Shown: positions 13,760 through 26,693, counted from the first letter of the stretch. The stretch: 64,000 nt of DNA from Octopus vulgaris (GCA_951406725.2 OX597819.1:63860001-63924000); one strand, 5' to 3'. A program made the numbers and translations. Notes: generated from the letters alone by a model not told the origin.

Positions 13760-14430
13760 TGATACTTAACAACCATGTACCACTTTCCAAATTCTCGCTG
13801 TCCCAATGAGAGCAGTTTTCTGAGAATGTTCTACCTCCAAGGCAATCCCTATTTCTCAAACAAATATCTCAAACTTGATAATTAATGCTCCCAGTGCCCC
13901 AACAATTACTGAGGTAACAGTAATTTTCGTGATTGCCCACATTCCTTCAATCCCCGCTTTTAGTGGCTTGGATAGCTCAATCTTTCCTCGTTCCTTATTA
14001 ACTTATTTCTTTATTGCCCACAAGGGGCTAAAAGTAGAGGGGACAAACATGGACAGACAAAGGGATTACGTCAACTACATCGACCCCAGTGCGTAACAGG
14101 TACTTAATTTATCGACTCCGAAAGGATGAAAGGCAAAGTCGACCGCGGTGGAATTTGAACTCAGAATGTAGCGGTGGACGAAATACGGCTACTCATTTCG
14201 CCCGGCGTGCTAACGTTTCTGCCAGCTCGCCGCCTTGTCATCTTGTCTTACTACATAATCAGGTTTGGCAATATGCATCATCCTGGTTTCCTTCATAATT
14301 TCATCAACTTCCCCTGGTCACCGAGTAACAGTCACTGAATCAATAGATTGTAAAATAACCACAAGATTTTATAACCATTATCCTGGATAGTGCATTTTGG
14401 GTTAGCCTCATACCAATCCAATGTCCCTCT
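13760..14430 (-). mobile_element. Decayed R4/Dong-like non-LTR retrotransposon 3' end (restriction-like endonuclease region), split by a SINE
   Basis: Minus-strand peptides WYEANPKCTIQDNGYKILW, KETRMMHIAKPD and ERGKIELSKPLKAGIEGMW..VIVGALG..QKTALIGTARIW parallel the fragment at 32028. Confidence 0.75.
14004..14234 (-). mobile_element. SINE family A, full length
   Basis: Reverse complement of the 25100-25330 type copy along its whole length. Confidence 0.92.
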
Positions 14431-14608
14431 AGGGCTGTACTTTTCACATCATCACCGTCATCAACGTCAACATCATCAACATCCTCATCCTCATTATCAT
14501 CATCATCATCATCATCGACGTGTCGTCGTCGTTAAGGTTTTTAATAATGATGTTGTTTACGTTTTTGTGTTTTTATTGTTGTTGTTGATGGTCTTATTAT
14601 TTGTCGAT

Positions 14609-14670
<62 letters not shown>

Positions 14671-15193
14671 CTTCATGATGACTGCCACTCAGATATTGAT
14701 TCACACCTCTCAAAGGTATGTTCATATGCCTAGACAGCTTTCAAGAATGCAGATCGCAAATATTTCAAACATTATTTATTGTATTGTTTCAAGAAAGACT
14801 GTGGTATTGTGTTGAATTGGCCTTTGTATATCAATAATAGTAGTTTATTGGTTCCTGATTACCGAAAGAATGAATTCAAGACGGTCTGGACTCTTAATAT
14901 TCTAAAAATATCTATATACAGCTTTCATCCTTTTCAAACAAGAAAAATTACTGTGTCATATGAATAATATAGAAATATCAACTTCCGGTTATACCTTTCT
15001 TGTCTAACATTCGATTTAAATTTGAAACCACTTACTCACGATTTATATGATACACATATATATATATACAGAATAATTACACGCACGCACATTCACACGA
15101 ACAAACACAGACTCATATATACATGTATGCATGCATGTATCTATCTGTCTGTCTGCGCATATATATTCATATATATAGTTATGTATGTATATG

Positions 15194-15260
<67 letters not shown>

Positions 15261-15262
<2 letters not shown>

Positions 15263-15798
15263 GATATAGTGCATATTTATACACATAAGGAATCCACTTA
15301 GGGTGAGATTCAACACATTAGAGAACCACAAAAATAACGGATAATATTCGACAGGAATAAATTTGGAAATGAAAAACATTTACCATCTAGTACCCCGGAC
15401 CAAATTGGTTTCTGATCTTCTTTTAGCAAGTCGGGGGAACTCGCAAGGTCTGATCTTCTTCGGTGAGGTCCAGCCTAGGGTTAAAACATATGACAGAAGA
15501 CAAGCACCGCTACCTGTCTCATGTTTATACGAACTAACTTTTCAAATTTTTCTGCGCAATCGCAGTCCTATCGTTGGATACAATAAACCGCCAACTTTAA
15601 CCGAAAATTATCCAAAAAGTTATAATGTTTAATCATATCAAAGGGAAATGGAATTTAATTAAATTTCAAATATTCAATCGAAATTTACATTTCCAGTTGT
15701 CTAACGTGCAAAAAAATTAGTCAAGAAGACTATATATTAGTTATACGATATAGTGCATATTTATACACATAAGGAATCCGCTTAGGGTGAGATTCAAC
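15261..15798 (-). mobile_element. Penelope-like mini-element with 54-bp direct terminal repeats and a decayed hammerhead
   Basis: 15261-15314 and 15745-15798 differ at one base. Minus-strand 15469-15392 reads CCGAAGA...GAAA-CCAATTTGG-TC. Confidence 0.6.
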
Positions 15799-15814
15799 GA
15801 TTCAACGATATATA

Positions 15815-16382
15815 TATTAGGTTGTTTCTCATGAAATGTCGCATTTATAATTTCTTGTTATTTCAGTCATCTAAAAATCTCAATTATATATACCTTGCTT
15901 TCAGTCTTAACTCTTCTTCTTTCCCAACAATAATTGGTATACAAAATTCTTACCCACAGACCTTATGAAAATAATAGCAACCAAACTATTTTGAGGGATT
16001 TTTTGAATGAGTACAAACTGGATCACTTTGCCCAAAAGCTCTACAGAATATCAAGCGGACATTTGGTTATGATCTTGTTGAAAGGTTTTTGGAGATGGCT
16101 CCAAAGCTATCGTCCAGAAGATGATAGTCTTCAAAAATAAACCAAGTGGTAAGCCAAGATCAGTTATTCAGCATGATGGATTAAATGCTGTGGTTGAACA
16201 ATATCCAAGAATAAAGGTTCGAAAACATTCATCAGAACATCAAACATTCTCGCACAACTGTTTTTGGACACCTGTAAAAGATTGGAAAAGTCAAGAATAC
16301 GGATAGGTTTGTTCCACATCAACTGAACGAGATTGAAAAAAAAAAGAGGCGCATGGAAATGTGATCCTTATTGCTTTCTAAT
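15815..16382 (+). mobile_element. Decayed mariner 5' fragment
   Basis: TIR-like tattaggttgtt. Broken peptides WRWLQSY..DDSL, PSGKPRS and KIGKVK..DRFVPHQL (WVPHEL motif). Confidence 0.7.
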
Positions 16383-16409
16383 GCAAGGTATATATAATTA
16401 TATGTATAT

Positions 16410-16665
16410 GAGATAAGAAGCTTGCTTCCCAACCAACAAGTATACACATGTATATATATGTGTGTGTGTGTGTGTTTGTGCGTGTGTGTATAGGCACGTG
16501 GGTGTGAAACCTTGGGCAAGTGTCTTCTGCTACAGTCTCGGGCCGATCAAAGCCTTGTGAGTGGATTTGGTAGACGGAAACTGCAAGAAGCCCGCCGTAT
16601 AAATATATATATATACATATATATATATGTGTGTGTGTGTGTGTATGTGTATATATATGTATATG

Positions 16666-16712
<47 letters not shown>

Positions 16713-16935
16713 GTGCAGGCGTGACTGTGGGGTAAGTAGCTTGCCTACAGACCACATGGTTCCGAGTACAGTCGCACTGCATGGCATCTTCGGGCCGACC
16801 AAAGCCTTGTCAGTTTGTTGGTAAACTGAAACTCAAAGAAGCCCGTTTTGTATATACATATATATGTATATATATTTATGTATTTATGTATGTATATATG
16901 TGTCTATCTGTCTATTTATTTATCTATCTATCTAT

Positions 16936-16985
<50 letters not shown>

Positions 16986-17225
16986 CAATAAAAGGTGGGG
17001 TACTACATATATATATATGTTTGTGCGTCTGTATTTGTCCACCACCATCGCTAGACAATCGATGCTGGTGTGTTTACGTCCCCGTAACTTTGCGTTTCGG
17101 CAAAAGACACCGATAGTAGTAGGCTTACGAAGAATAAGACATCGGGTCGATTTGTTCGGCTAAATGCGGTGCTCCAGCACTGCTGCTTTCAAATCAGTGA
17201 GAAAAGTAAAAAACGAATAAAAGAA
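16410..17225 (+). mobile_element. Nested SINE family B copies (heads 16410-16600 and 16712-16850, tail 17020-17225)
   Basis: Segments match the 51144-51559 copy and are separated by (TA)/(TG) tracts. Confidence 0.8.
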
Positions 17226-17251
17226 GATATATATATATATATATATATATA

Positions 17252-18387
17252 CAAGCAGCATAGGCCGGCGTTGCCCGGGTATGTAAGAGCCCCTAGTAGG
17301 CAACGACTAATCCCAATCTAGTCCTTTCCCTCTAGGGTACGAAGGCGCATGTGTAGGTTGCAATGTCTTCTCTTCACTCCCAAATAACTATCAAACAGCT
17401 ATCGATAATTCAACCCAACCAATTCCTACCAGGAAGAAATTACATTCGAGACTTTACCCCCAACACCACCACTTCTGCTAATAGCTGCTGCAGCCGCAAG
17501 TTATTCGAATACTTTTTTTTGTTTAAACTTTCTTTAAATGTTTTACTTTAAATTTTTGACGTACCCTAAGGGTCCTCCGACGCTACTTGCAAACTCTTGG
17601 TCGTGTGCACAAAAAAACCTTTTCCATTCGTTTGTTCAGTTTGGTCACTTTTGACTTTTTCGTTGTTGTCACTCACATTGCTGCCCGCTTTTTTGCCGTT
17701 TTTGTACATTTTTATATATTTTGGGATACTTACCCCACGTCTCCGAGAGTTAAAAAGGTCGAGTTGCGTCCCCTAGACAGTCTGTGGCTTGGGTTTAATA
17801 CACAAATCGGTTTGCTATGTGTGCCACATATGATTTAATTAACCGACTTTTTCCAGTAATAAAGTATCCTATTGCAATAAAAAGGGCCATATTGCTCCTT
17901 GGAGCAGACATGATGCTCGCTGTGAATTTTAAAAAAATCCCTGTTAATTTGTAAAAGATATTGTCGAAAATATGTCATCTTGAATTCGAACGCGATTTCC
18001 CAAAATGGCATGATTTTATCGATTTTTTTCTGATGGTAAGGTATTGCATGGAAAACTAACGTCAGAATTAAGTTTCTTAGGGTAACATTAAGCTTCACCA
18101 TGAGTTTGGTGAAAATCGATTGCAAGTTGCGAAAACTACAACAGAAAATGTGTTGCATTTAAAAAGCTTAGATTCTCGACCCCATGTCAAATTTATCGAA
18201 TTTTTTCAGAACTGGGGGAACTCATCAAAATTTCCGCTGCGTTAGTGTTAGTTTTTAATTATGACATTGGGCTCTGTGTGTATCAAGTTTCATCAGAATC
18301 GGTTGAAAGCTGTGGTCAGGGTGAGGGTACAACCTGACAGACACACAGACACACAGACAGACAAACTGCCGTTTATATATAGAGAGA
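17252..18387 (-). mobile_element. Non-autonomous Helitron-like element, both termini present
   Basis: Minus strand begins TC(TCTCTATATAT), has a subterminal (CTGT)-type repeat, and ends with hairpin CCGGGCAACGCCGG then CTTG. Inserted between A and T without a target duplication. Confidence 0.8.
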
Positions 18388-18399
18388 TATGTGTGTATG

Positions 18400-18635
18400 T
18401 GTGCAGGTATTTGTGTGTTTGTGTCTGTGTTTGTCCCTTCACCATCACTTGACTAATGATGTTTGGTGTGTTTATGTCTCCGTTATCTAGTTGTTAGATA
18501 AAAGACACCGATCGAATAAGTACAAGACTTATAATGAAGAAGTCCTGTGATCGATTTCTTCGACTAGAACGCTTTAAGGTGGTGCTCCAGCATGGCCATA
18601 GTCAAATGACTGAAACAAGTGAAAGAATAAACGAG
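18400..18635 (+). mobile_element. SINE family B tail
   Basis: ggtgctccagcatggccatagtcaaatgactgaaacaag matches the family B 3' end. Confidence 0.8.
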
Positions 18636-18674
18636 TATGTATTTCACTGTCTCTCTGTGTGTCTCTCTCCTACA

Positions 18675-18736
<62 letters not shown>

Positions 18737-18815
18737 ATATATATAAACATGTTATAATGTATATATAAAAATTAAAAATTGTATAATATAGCAGCATTTT
18801 CGAACTTCATTTTTT

Positions 18816-18872
<57 letters not shown>

Positions 18873-19005
18873 TATATATTGTATATTTATTACTATTTTT
18901 CAAAAGTATTCGTATCACAGTAGGCGACAGAGAGAGCTTAACACTCTCTCTCTCACACACACACACACACACAAACAAACACACACAAACACACATATAT
19001 ATGTA

Positions 19006-19703
19006 CGAGCAAAATGCCCTCCCCCCGTCCAATGGACGGTGCTGAGTTGTCAAACATTGAAACCTAAGTTTCTCAAAACAACCTGCTCGACCGTTCCATA
19101 GGCCTCCCCTTTGAGAAACACTGATTTAACCTAAATTTGAGACACCAGCAAAAGGAGAAATACAGGTAGACTTTTTTTCATTCCAAAGAAAAACGAGTTT
19201 ATTCACACAAATATGCAACCAAAGAGTTTAAAGTACCAGTAAGTAAATCGCAACAGATGATGTACTTGCGCGTATGAATGCACCTTCCCACGGCTTTATT
19301 GATCGCATTCTCACCTGTAATGGATTTTGTAAATTTTTCAAGATTTATACATGCCCTGATACCTATTTCTTTATTACCCACAAGGGGCTAAACATAGAGT
19401 GGACAGACAAGGACGGACATAGGTATTAAGTTGATTAAATCGACCCCAGTGCGTAACTGGTACTTAATTTATCGACCCCGAAAGGACGAAAGGCAAAGTT
19501 GACCTCGGCGGAATTTGAACTCACAACCTAACGACAGACGAAATACAGCTACGCATTTCGCCCGGCGTGCTCACGTTTCTGCCAGCGCGCCGCCCTAATA
19601 CCGTCGTTATCTACATATCAAATTTGAGCGCAATCAGATGGAGGATGTCCGAGATCCTAGAAGACGCACTGACTGACAGGCAGAACGGATTTTATGTAAT
19701 AGA
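19006..19703 (-). mobile_element. Non-autonomous Helitron-like element interrupted by a SINE
   Basis: Minus strand starts TCTATTACAT (19703) and ends with hairpin CCGTCC-ATT-GGACGG then CTCG. Flanked by A and T. Confidence 0.6.
19359..19594 (-). mobile_element. SINE family A, full length
   Basis: Homologous to 25100-25330. Confidence 0.92.
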
Positions 19704-19969
19704 TGTTTTATGTGGGTGTGTCGACACATGTGATACGCATACTTATGAAAATTAGTAATAGATGTACAAGTTTATTTTTAAATAGCAATTGGTGATTGGG
19801 ACAGTAGCTGACATGGAATTGTTTTCTGTTGTTGTGGAGTAACTTGTTGCTATAATTTATATTGCAGTTTCTTGAATGGGGATTGAAAAGTGTGTCCCTA
19901 TATCCCATGTTCGGATGTCGTGATATAGAAGGCCGTCGTTGGTAATTAGAATAATACCCAAGCAAATAT

Positions 19970-20368
19970 TCTTTTCTTTTCTGATCTAGGCGCAAGGGCC
20001 GAAATTTTGGGGAAGGGGCCTATATATTAGATCGACTCCAGTGCGCAACCGGTACTTAATTTATCGAACCCCAAATGATGAAAGGCCAAGTCGACCACGG
20101 TGGAATTTGGACTCAGAACGTAAAGACTGATGAAATACCTATTTCTTTACTACCCACAAGGGGCTAAACACAGAGAACAAACAAGGACAGACAAAGGGAT
20201 TAAGTCGATTACATCGACCCCAGTACCTAAATGGTACTTAATTTATCGACCCTGAAAGGATCAAAGGCCAAGTCGACCTCGGCGGAATTTGAACTCACAA
20301 CGTAACGGCAGACGAAATACGGCTACGCTTTTCGTCCGGCGTGCTAACATTTTTGCCAACTCGCCGCC
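19970..20368 (-). mobile_element. SINE family A dimer
   Basis: Full unit ~20139-20368 joined to a head-truncated unit at gaaatac|ctatttc. Confidence 0.88.
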
Positions 20369-20537
20369 TTAATACCCCTGTAAATATTACAATCAGTATA
20401 TCCAGAACACTCGCTACCCTACAATTTGTTGAGAATAATTCCAATTACTATTGCTACAACCGCAACAGGTCGCTTTTACATCACTTCAACATTAAAGAAT
20501 TTTCCGCGAAAAGCCTACTATTCTCATATCACTCCAG

Positions 20538-20690
20538 TCTTCTTCTTCTTCTTCTTCTTCTTCTTCTTCTTCTTCTTCTTCTTCTTCTTCTTCTTCTTCT
20601 TCTTCTTCTTCTTCTTCTTCTTCTTCTTCTTCTTCTTCTTCTTCTTCTTCTTCTTCTTCTTCTTCTTCTTCTTCTTCTTCTTCTTCTTCT
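20538..20690. repeat. Long pure (CTT)n microsatellite, ~50 units
   Basis: Seen directly. Source of the poly-L and poly-F ORFs. Confidence 0.97.
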
Positions 20691-20816
20691 GCATCCTTGT
20701 TAAATATTCAGATCTGCTATTTTCTATTGAGCCTTCACAAAAATAAAAAATGAAATAGAGACAGAGAAAAGAAAACCCTCTACCTATTTGAAGACTATGG
20801 AAATATGAAAAATATA

Positions 20817-20981
20817 GGCGCAGGAGTGGCTATGTGGTAAGTAGCTTGCTAACCAACCACATGGTTCCGGGTTTCAGTCCCACTGCGTGGCATCTTGGGC
20901 AAGTGTCTTCTGCTATAGCCCCGGGCCGACCAATGCCTTGTGAGTGGATTTTGTTGACGGAAAGTGAAAGAAGCCTGTCGT
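20817..20981 (+). mobile_element. SINE family B head
   Basis: ggcgcaggagtggctatgtggtaagtagc...gaaagaagcctgtcgta; ends in the internal TA tract where a mariner begins. Confidence 0.9.
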
Positions 20982-20996
20982 ATATATGTATATATA

Positions 20997-21906
20997 TACG
21001 AGGGGGGTTCAATAAGTAATGACCCTGACCCACTTGCAGTTGTTTGATCTAGCTGAAATTTTGCATGTGAAATTACCTATATCCCTATAGATTAAGTGGC
21101 AAATTACAGCTCTAAACGAATTGTGGTTTCTGATTTACAGGTGTTTGAAGTGAGTCAAGTGTGAAATGGAGTCTGTTGAGTGTCGAGCAGTGATCTGGTT
21201 TTTGTATTTGAAAGGACGCACACCACGGGAGACTTTTGATGAAATGAAAGTAACTTATGGTGATGATGCCCCATCATATGACCTTGTAAAACGCTGGCAT
21301 TGTGAATTCAAACATAGTCGGAACTCTGTGGAAACAGCTCCCAGATCTGGTCGCCCCCTTCTGCCGTTGATGAGACGCCTGTCCGTCAAGTTGAGGCTGC
21401 CATTTTGGAAGTTCAACGCATAACTATTCGCCAAATAGCCCATAAGGTCAAGATTAGTACCGGGTCCGTGGAAACTATCATTCATGACCATTTGCATATG
21501 CAAAAGGTGTCTGCCAGATGGATTTCCAGGTTGCTCACACCTTTCCAGAAGCAAGAACGCGTTGAGTGCTCGAGGATGAATTTGGAGATGTGCCAAGAAG
21601 ATGAGTCAAAATTTTTCAAAAGACTGTTCATACAGGAAAAAACCTGGGTCCATCACTATGATCCATAGACCAAAGCCCAGTCAATGCAGTAAAAGCACCG
21701 TGACTCACCTCCTCCAAAGAAGGCAAGGGTGCAGCTCTCTGCTGGCAAGGTCATGCTCACAGGACGGAGTAGTGATGACAGATTTCCTGGCAAAGGGTAC
21801 CACAATTACAGGAGCCTATTATGCTTCACTTTTGAGGAAATTAAGAGAAGCTATCAAAATCAAGAGGCGGGGCAAGATCAGAAAAGGCATGCTCCTCCTG
21901 CAGGAT
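20997..21906 (+). pseudogene. Mariner transposon (irritans/Himar1-like), 3'-truncated transposase pseudogene
   Basis: TA plus TIR CGAGGGGGGTTCAATAAGT. Frameshifted peptide MESVECRAVI..PRSGRP / KVSARWISRLLT..EKTWVHHYDP / SAGKVM / TITGAYYASLL..MLLLQD, which stops at the second catalytic Asp. Confidence 0.93.
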
Positions 21907-22103
21907 TTAATTTCTATGGATGGTAAAGCAGACTATGTTTTAAACGCCATGTTTCTGTGCAGAAATGCATGCACAAACATGCATGCATAAACTCGCACAT
22001 CCATATGTATGTGTATATATATGTATTTATATATGTATAAATATCTACACACTCACATACACACACGCACACACACACACACACACACATATATCAATAT
22101 GTA

Positions 22104-22139
<36 letters not shown>

Positions 22140-22964
22140 TGTATGTATTTATGTAGGTATATATATACATATAATCATGCACATATAAGCTTGTGTGTTT
22201 CGATATATATTTATATATATTCACACACACATACACGTACAGACACACGCATATTTATTATATAATATTATATTATATTACATTTCAACACTAGCTCTCC
22301 CAGAAATAATAATTTAGCCGAAGTGAAGTTCTTTAATGTAAATTTCTTCAGATATTGTAAGTTTAAGATATTTATGAAATATGCAAACAGCATCCATTAA
22401 AAAGTTTAGCATAATATACAAGAGAGTGTCTAAACGAAGTACAATGCTTTTAAAATTGCACTAGAGATGGTGAGTCAGATATGTTCGGTAATTTACAATT
22501 TTCTTCTCCATATTTTCTAATTATATTTGCTGGTAAATTATTCTGGAAAACTAACTTGAAGGATATGTATGTTAGCGCTTAATGCCAAATTCTACTAAAG
22601 ACACATTTTAACTGCGATGCAGTAGCTAAATACACATGACTTGTAAATTTAATAGACATTATAGTATTTTAAATAGAATCCCGACTTGTGATTGCTGTCA
22701 CTTTCTAAGAAAGGAAGCATGTTAATGTGTTAAGTCAGATTCATAGCAAATAAGAAAATGTCATAGATAAATTATACAACAACAGTCAAATTTCTTTATA
22801 TGTCAGCAACAATACTATTGATAAGTGCCGCATGTGAATATACAGAAAAGTAAAGAGCGTCATTTATTCTGAGTGTAAAATCTTTCGTGCGGTGCAGTAA
22901 ACATCATACAATGATATGCCGTGAATTGCTGTACAAGACAGATAAAAAAATATTAAAATGCTTA

Positions 22965-23100
22965 TGCATTGTTGCGAGATAAGAAGCTTGCTTTCGAACA
23001 ACACTTTTCTGGGTTCAATCACCCTGTGAGCTACTTGGGCAAGTGTCTTCGACTAGGGGCCCGGCGCGTCCAAACCCGACTGGATTTAGTCGATTGAAAC

Positions 23101-23161
<61 letters not shown>

Positions 23162-23400
23162 TTTGTGTGTGTGTGCGTGTGTCTTTGCGTCCGTGTCTGT
23201 CCCCCACTATGTGACAACCAGTGTTGGTGTGTCTATGTTTTCGTAACTGAGCGCTTCGGCAAAGGAGACTGATAGAACAAGACATAGTCTTTTTAAAAAA
23301 CATGTACTGGTGTTGAGTCATTTGTCTAAACATTCTTCAAGACGGTGCTCCAGCCTGGCTGCAGTCTAAAGACTGAAACAAGTAGGAGACAAAAGACAAA
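22965..23400 (+). mobile_element. SINE family B, diverged, with internal (TA)n
   Basis: Head (cttgggcaagtgtcttc), TA tract and tail (ggtgctccagc..gactgaaacaag) in order. Confidence 0.8.
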
Positions 23401-23955
23401 AGATTCACTTAGAGCGGCGTGAAAAGATGTCAGCCATATAAAATTACTGAACCCTAAGTTATCTGATCATCATACATTCAGAATTTTATTGGACCTTGAT
23501 TCTGCTCCTAAAATGGGGTACAGGAAAACCATCTAACCTCCTTGATTTTGCAGGGAGTGCTTTGTTAGATTTATACTGCCGTGTGGAGTTTTGTCCTTCA
23601 TTATAACGCTCGATATATTCACAGCCATTTTTGAGCATATTACTTTCGTATATTCCTAAATTCTTTAAATAATGTTGTCTATAGACACTCAATTTCCTCC
23701 AGAATATATCGCATCCCCATTAGAACAGGCATGATTGTGAAGTTATGAAATTCGCTTGGCAGCCACGTAGTCACGGGTTTCGGCTTCCTGTACAGCACCT
23801 TGGGCAAATGTCTCCAACTAAAGCCTCGAGTCGATCTGCCTTGAGAGTGAATTTAGTAGACAAAAATTATGGAGAAACTAATCGTATATGTATATGTGCG
23901 TGAGTGCAAACGTATGCATATCTATGCATGTGTGTGTATGTGTGTACGTATGTTT

Positions 23956-23998
<43 letters not shown>

Positions 23999-24001
23999 CA
24001 T

Positions 24002-24109
<108 letters not shown>

Positions 24110-24671
24110 TTTTGTCAGGATGAGTCAAATTAACAGGTTCTGTGTGCCCAAAGAGGTGTGTCACCAATATTCCAGTTAGAACAGCTGTTGAATTGTGGTT
24201 GTGTGATTGTCTTATTCAAACACAGCTATAAGCGGCATCCATTTGAGTTAGTGTATAGGTTAAAGCAGTGAGGGAAGGCAAACAATTAGGCAATCCAGTG
24301 CAAGGGTATTTAATTTCATTTAATTCAATCGAAAATATAGCTACATAAAGAGTGGTAAAATATAGCACAATACTGTTTCTCGGATATCCCAGCTATTGAC
24401 GCCTTATATTGTGTGAAAACTTTATAAGCTGGATATTCCGTCCTCACAGAAATATAAGTTAGATAGTGGAAGAAGATTTATCCTTAATGATAATTTGTTG
24501 CGGTTCGGAATGTCCAGTGGAGTAGAACGGTTCTATTAAATCTAGTTAGATCGGTTGTTCTTTAGGTAAATCCTAGAACAGAGTATATTTAAGTGGTACA
24601 ATATGGTGAAAAGATGGGGAAAATTGTTATGTAGGGAAAATGAATGCTAGCCGATCCAATTTTGTGCATTG

Positions 24672-24972
24672 AATAAAAATACATTCTGCTGAGAGAGAAG
24701 ATAGATAGAATCGAGGCATGTATTGGATATCAATAGTTCTCTATATTGAATTGTATTCATTCCAGAGGGAGAATAAATGCCAGCAGTTCCAAAGTCGTGT
24801 CAATATTGAGAGGAGAAATAATTATATTCTGGTGTGAGAACGATAGATAGGTAAAAACAATGTATTAGATAAATACTGCTCACTACACCAAAGAGTATTC
24901 AGTCCTGAGAGAAGAATTATTTATTTCGGGGAGGAATAAATAATACATTTTGGTATGAGAAAGATAGCTAGA
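24672..24972. repeat. Old degenerate tandem repeat, period ~120-145 bp
   Basis: Motif aatacatt(c/t)tg(g/c)t..gaga..gatag(a/c)tag recurs at ~24678, ~24822 and ~24942. Confidence 0.55.
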
Positions 24973-25099
24973 TAAAAATTAAGAGCGTTGTAGTAGACAT
25001 ATGAATATATATAGATATATGCGTGTGTGCATTGTGTGTGTGTGTGTGTTTTGTGTGTTTGTGTGTGTGCTTGTGTAAATATATATCTATATATATTAA

Positions 25100-25330
25100 G
25101 GTGGTGAGCTGGCAGAAACGTTAGCACGCCGGGCGAAATGCGTAGCCTTATTTCGTCTGCCGTTACGTTCTGAGTTCAAATTCCGCCGAGGTCGACTTTG
25201 CCTTTCATCCTTTCGGGGTCGATAAATTAAGTACCAGTTACGCACTGGGGTCGATATAATCGACTTAATCCGTGTGTCTGTCCTTGGTTGTCCTCTCTGT
25301 GTTTAGCCCCTTGTGGGTAGTAAAGAAATA
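25100..25330 (+). mobile_element. SINE family A, full-length reference copy (tRNA-derived)
   Basis: A-box-like TGGCAGAAACG and B-box GAGTTCAAATTCC (25172-25184), core gcctttcatcctttcggggtcgataaa, and tail ccttgtgggtagtaaagaaata. About ten homologues in the window. Confidence 0.93.
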
Positions 25331-25699
25331 TATTTATGTCTATGTATGTGTATGTTTCTTCATATGTGTGTGTACACATGTAAGCGTGCTTATTTGTTCC
25401 TTTGTTAGCCCCCTATACCGCTTGACAGTCGGTGTAGTTTTGTTCTCTTCTGCGTAACATAGCTGTTCGGCAAAGGCGCCTGATAATATAAGCGCCAAAC
25501 TTTACACAATGCTGGGGTTAATGTATTCGAGTAAAACCCTTTAAATCACATGGTCACATTCTAATGAATCAAACAAGTAAACTGTATGATTGACGTCATC
25601 ATAGTAGTCTACAAGAAAAAGTTCTCAAAATGTCTACTATATTTCCTTCACATGACATTTGCTAAATTACCAACAACATTTGTCAGTATATAGAAACAT

Positions 25700-26200
25700 T
25701 TACGTATACATGAATTGAATGCGATACTCCAATGAGTATTGAATGACCCGACCTAGTGTGTCTCAGATGTGTTGCAGCGTTGGGGTCGTGACGCTAAAGT
25801 TCTTGTTGGGTCACACAGTAATATTTTGATTCGAAATAAACAGCGATTTCCTCGGTTTTTAGATACCACTACGTACCTCACAGCATGTGCAATATTGATG
25901 CAGTAGATAATTGGATGTGTATATTAAGTAATGATGGGGATTTACGATTTGCTGTGAGGTCCTCTTCTCGTTATTGGAATTCAGAGTTAGAGAAGGGAAG
26001 TCAATATAGCAGGTTTGCCTTAGAATATTTTTTGCTTAAATCTTAACATGAAACGAGAATATGTTCGAGGAACAATGGGTTAAATTGAATTATGTTAGTA
26101 CAGATATTGTCTTCTCAATAATCTGAAAGGTTTCTTGTACCATTTATTCAAACAAAATTAAGCGTAGGTGCAATAATTGATTGGATTTAACAGCTAGCAA
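25700..26200 (-). mobile_element. Possible highly decayed Penelope GIY-YIG endonuclease remnant
   Basis: Minus-strand peptide PIIYCINIAHAVRYVVVSKNR resembles the xIYCI..C..C..YVG motif. Many stops. Confidence 0.35.
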
Positions 26201-26433
26201 TGTCGTCATATAATCGTACATCCTTAAGTTGGAAGACATCTTGGATTACATTTGTTTATTTTCACTTTTATATTCGCTATCATCTGGTGGTTTCATTTCC
26301 TTGTGTCTGCAATACTTATCTTCTCCGTTTATAATTTCAGTTACTCCTCTTATCTTCTTATCATTTCCATTTTTCTACACTAGCTTCATCTTTATTTTTG
26401 TAACTGTTTTCCAACTGATTCATTTATCTCTGC

Positions 26434-26434
26434 A

Positions 26435-26508
<74 letters not shown>

Positions 26509-26538
26509 TAATAATAATAATAATCATCGTCGTCGTCG

Positions 26539-26574
<36 letters not shown>

Positions 26575-26605
26575 CCATCACCATCACCATCACCATCACC
26601 ATCAC

Positions 26606-26655
<50 letters not shown>

Positions 26656-26693
26656 GAAGAAGAAGAAGAAGAAGAAGAAGAAGAAGAAGAAGA
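26434..26693. repeat. Compound microsatellite (AAT)(CGT)(CAT)(CACCAT)(CAT)(AGA)
   Basis: Seen directly. Confidence 0.97.

Noticed and set aside
21166-21990. Possible intact or domesticated mariner gene
   Set aside because: Frameshifts, in-frame stops, an altered first catalytic Asp and 3' truncation show it is a pseudogene.
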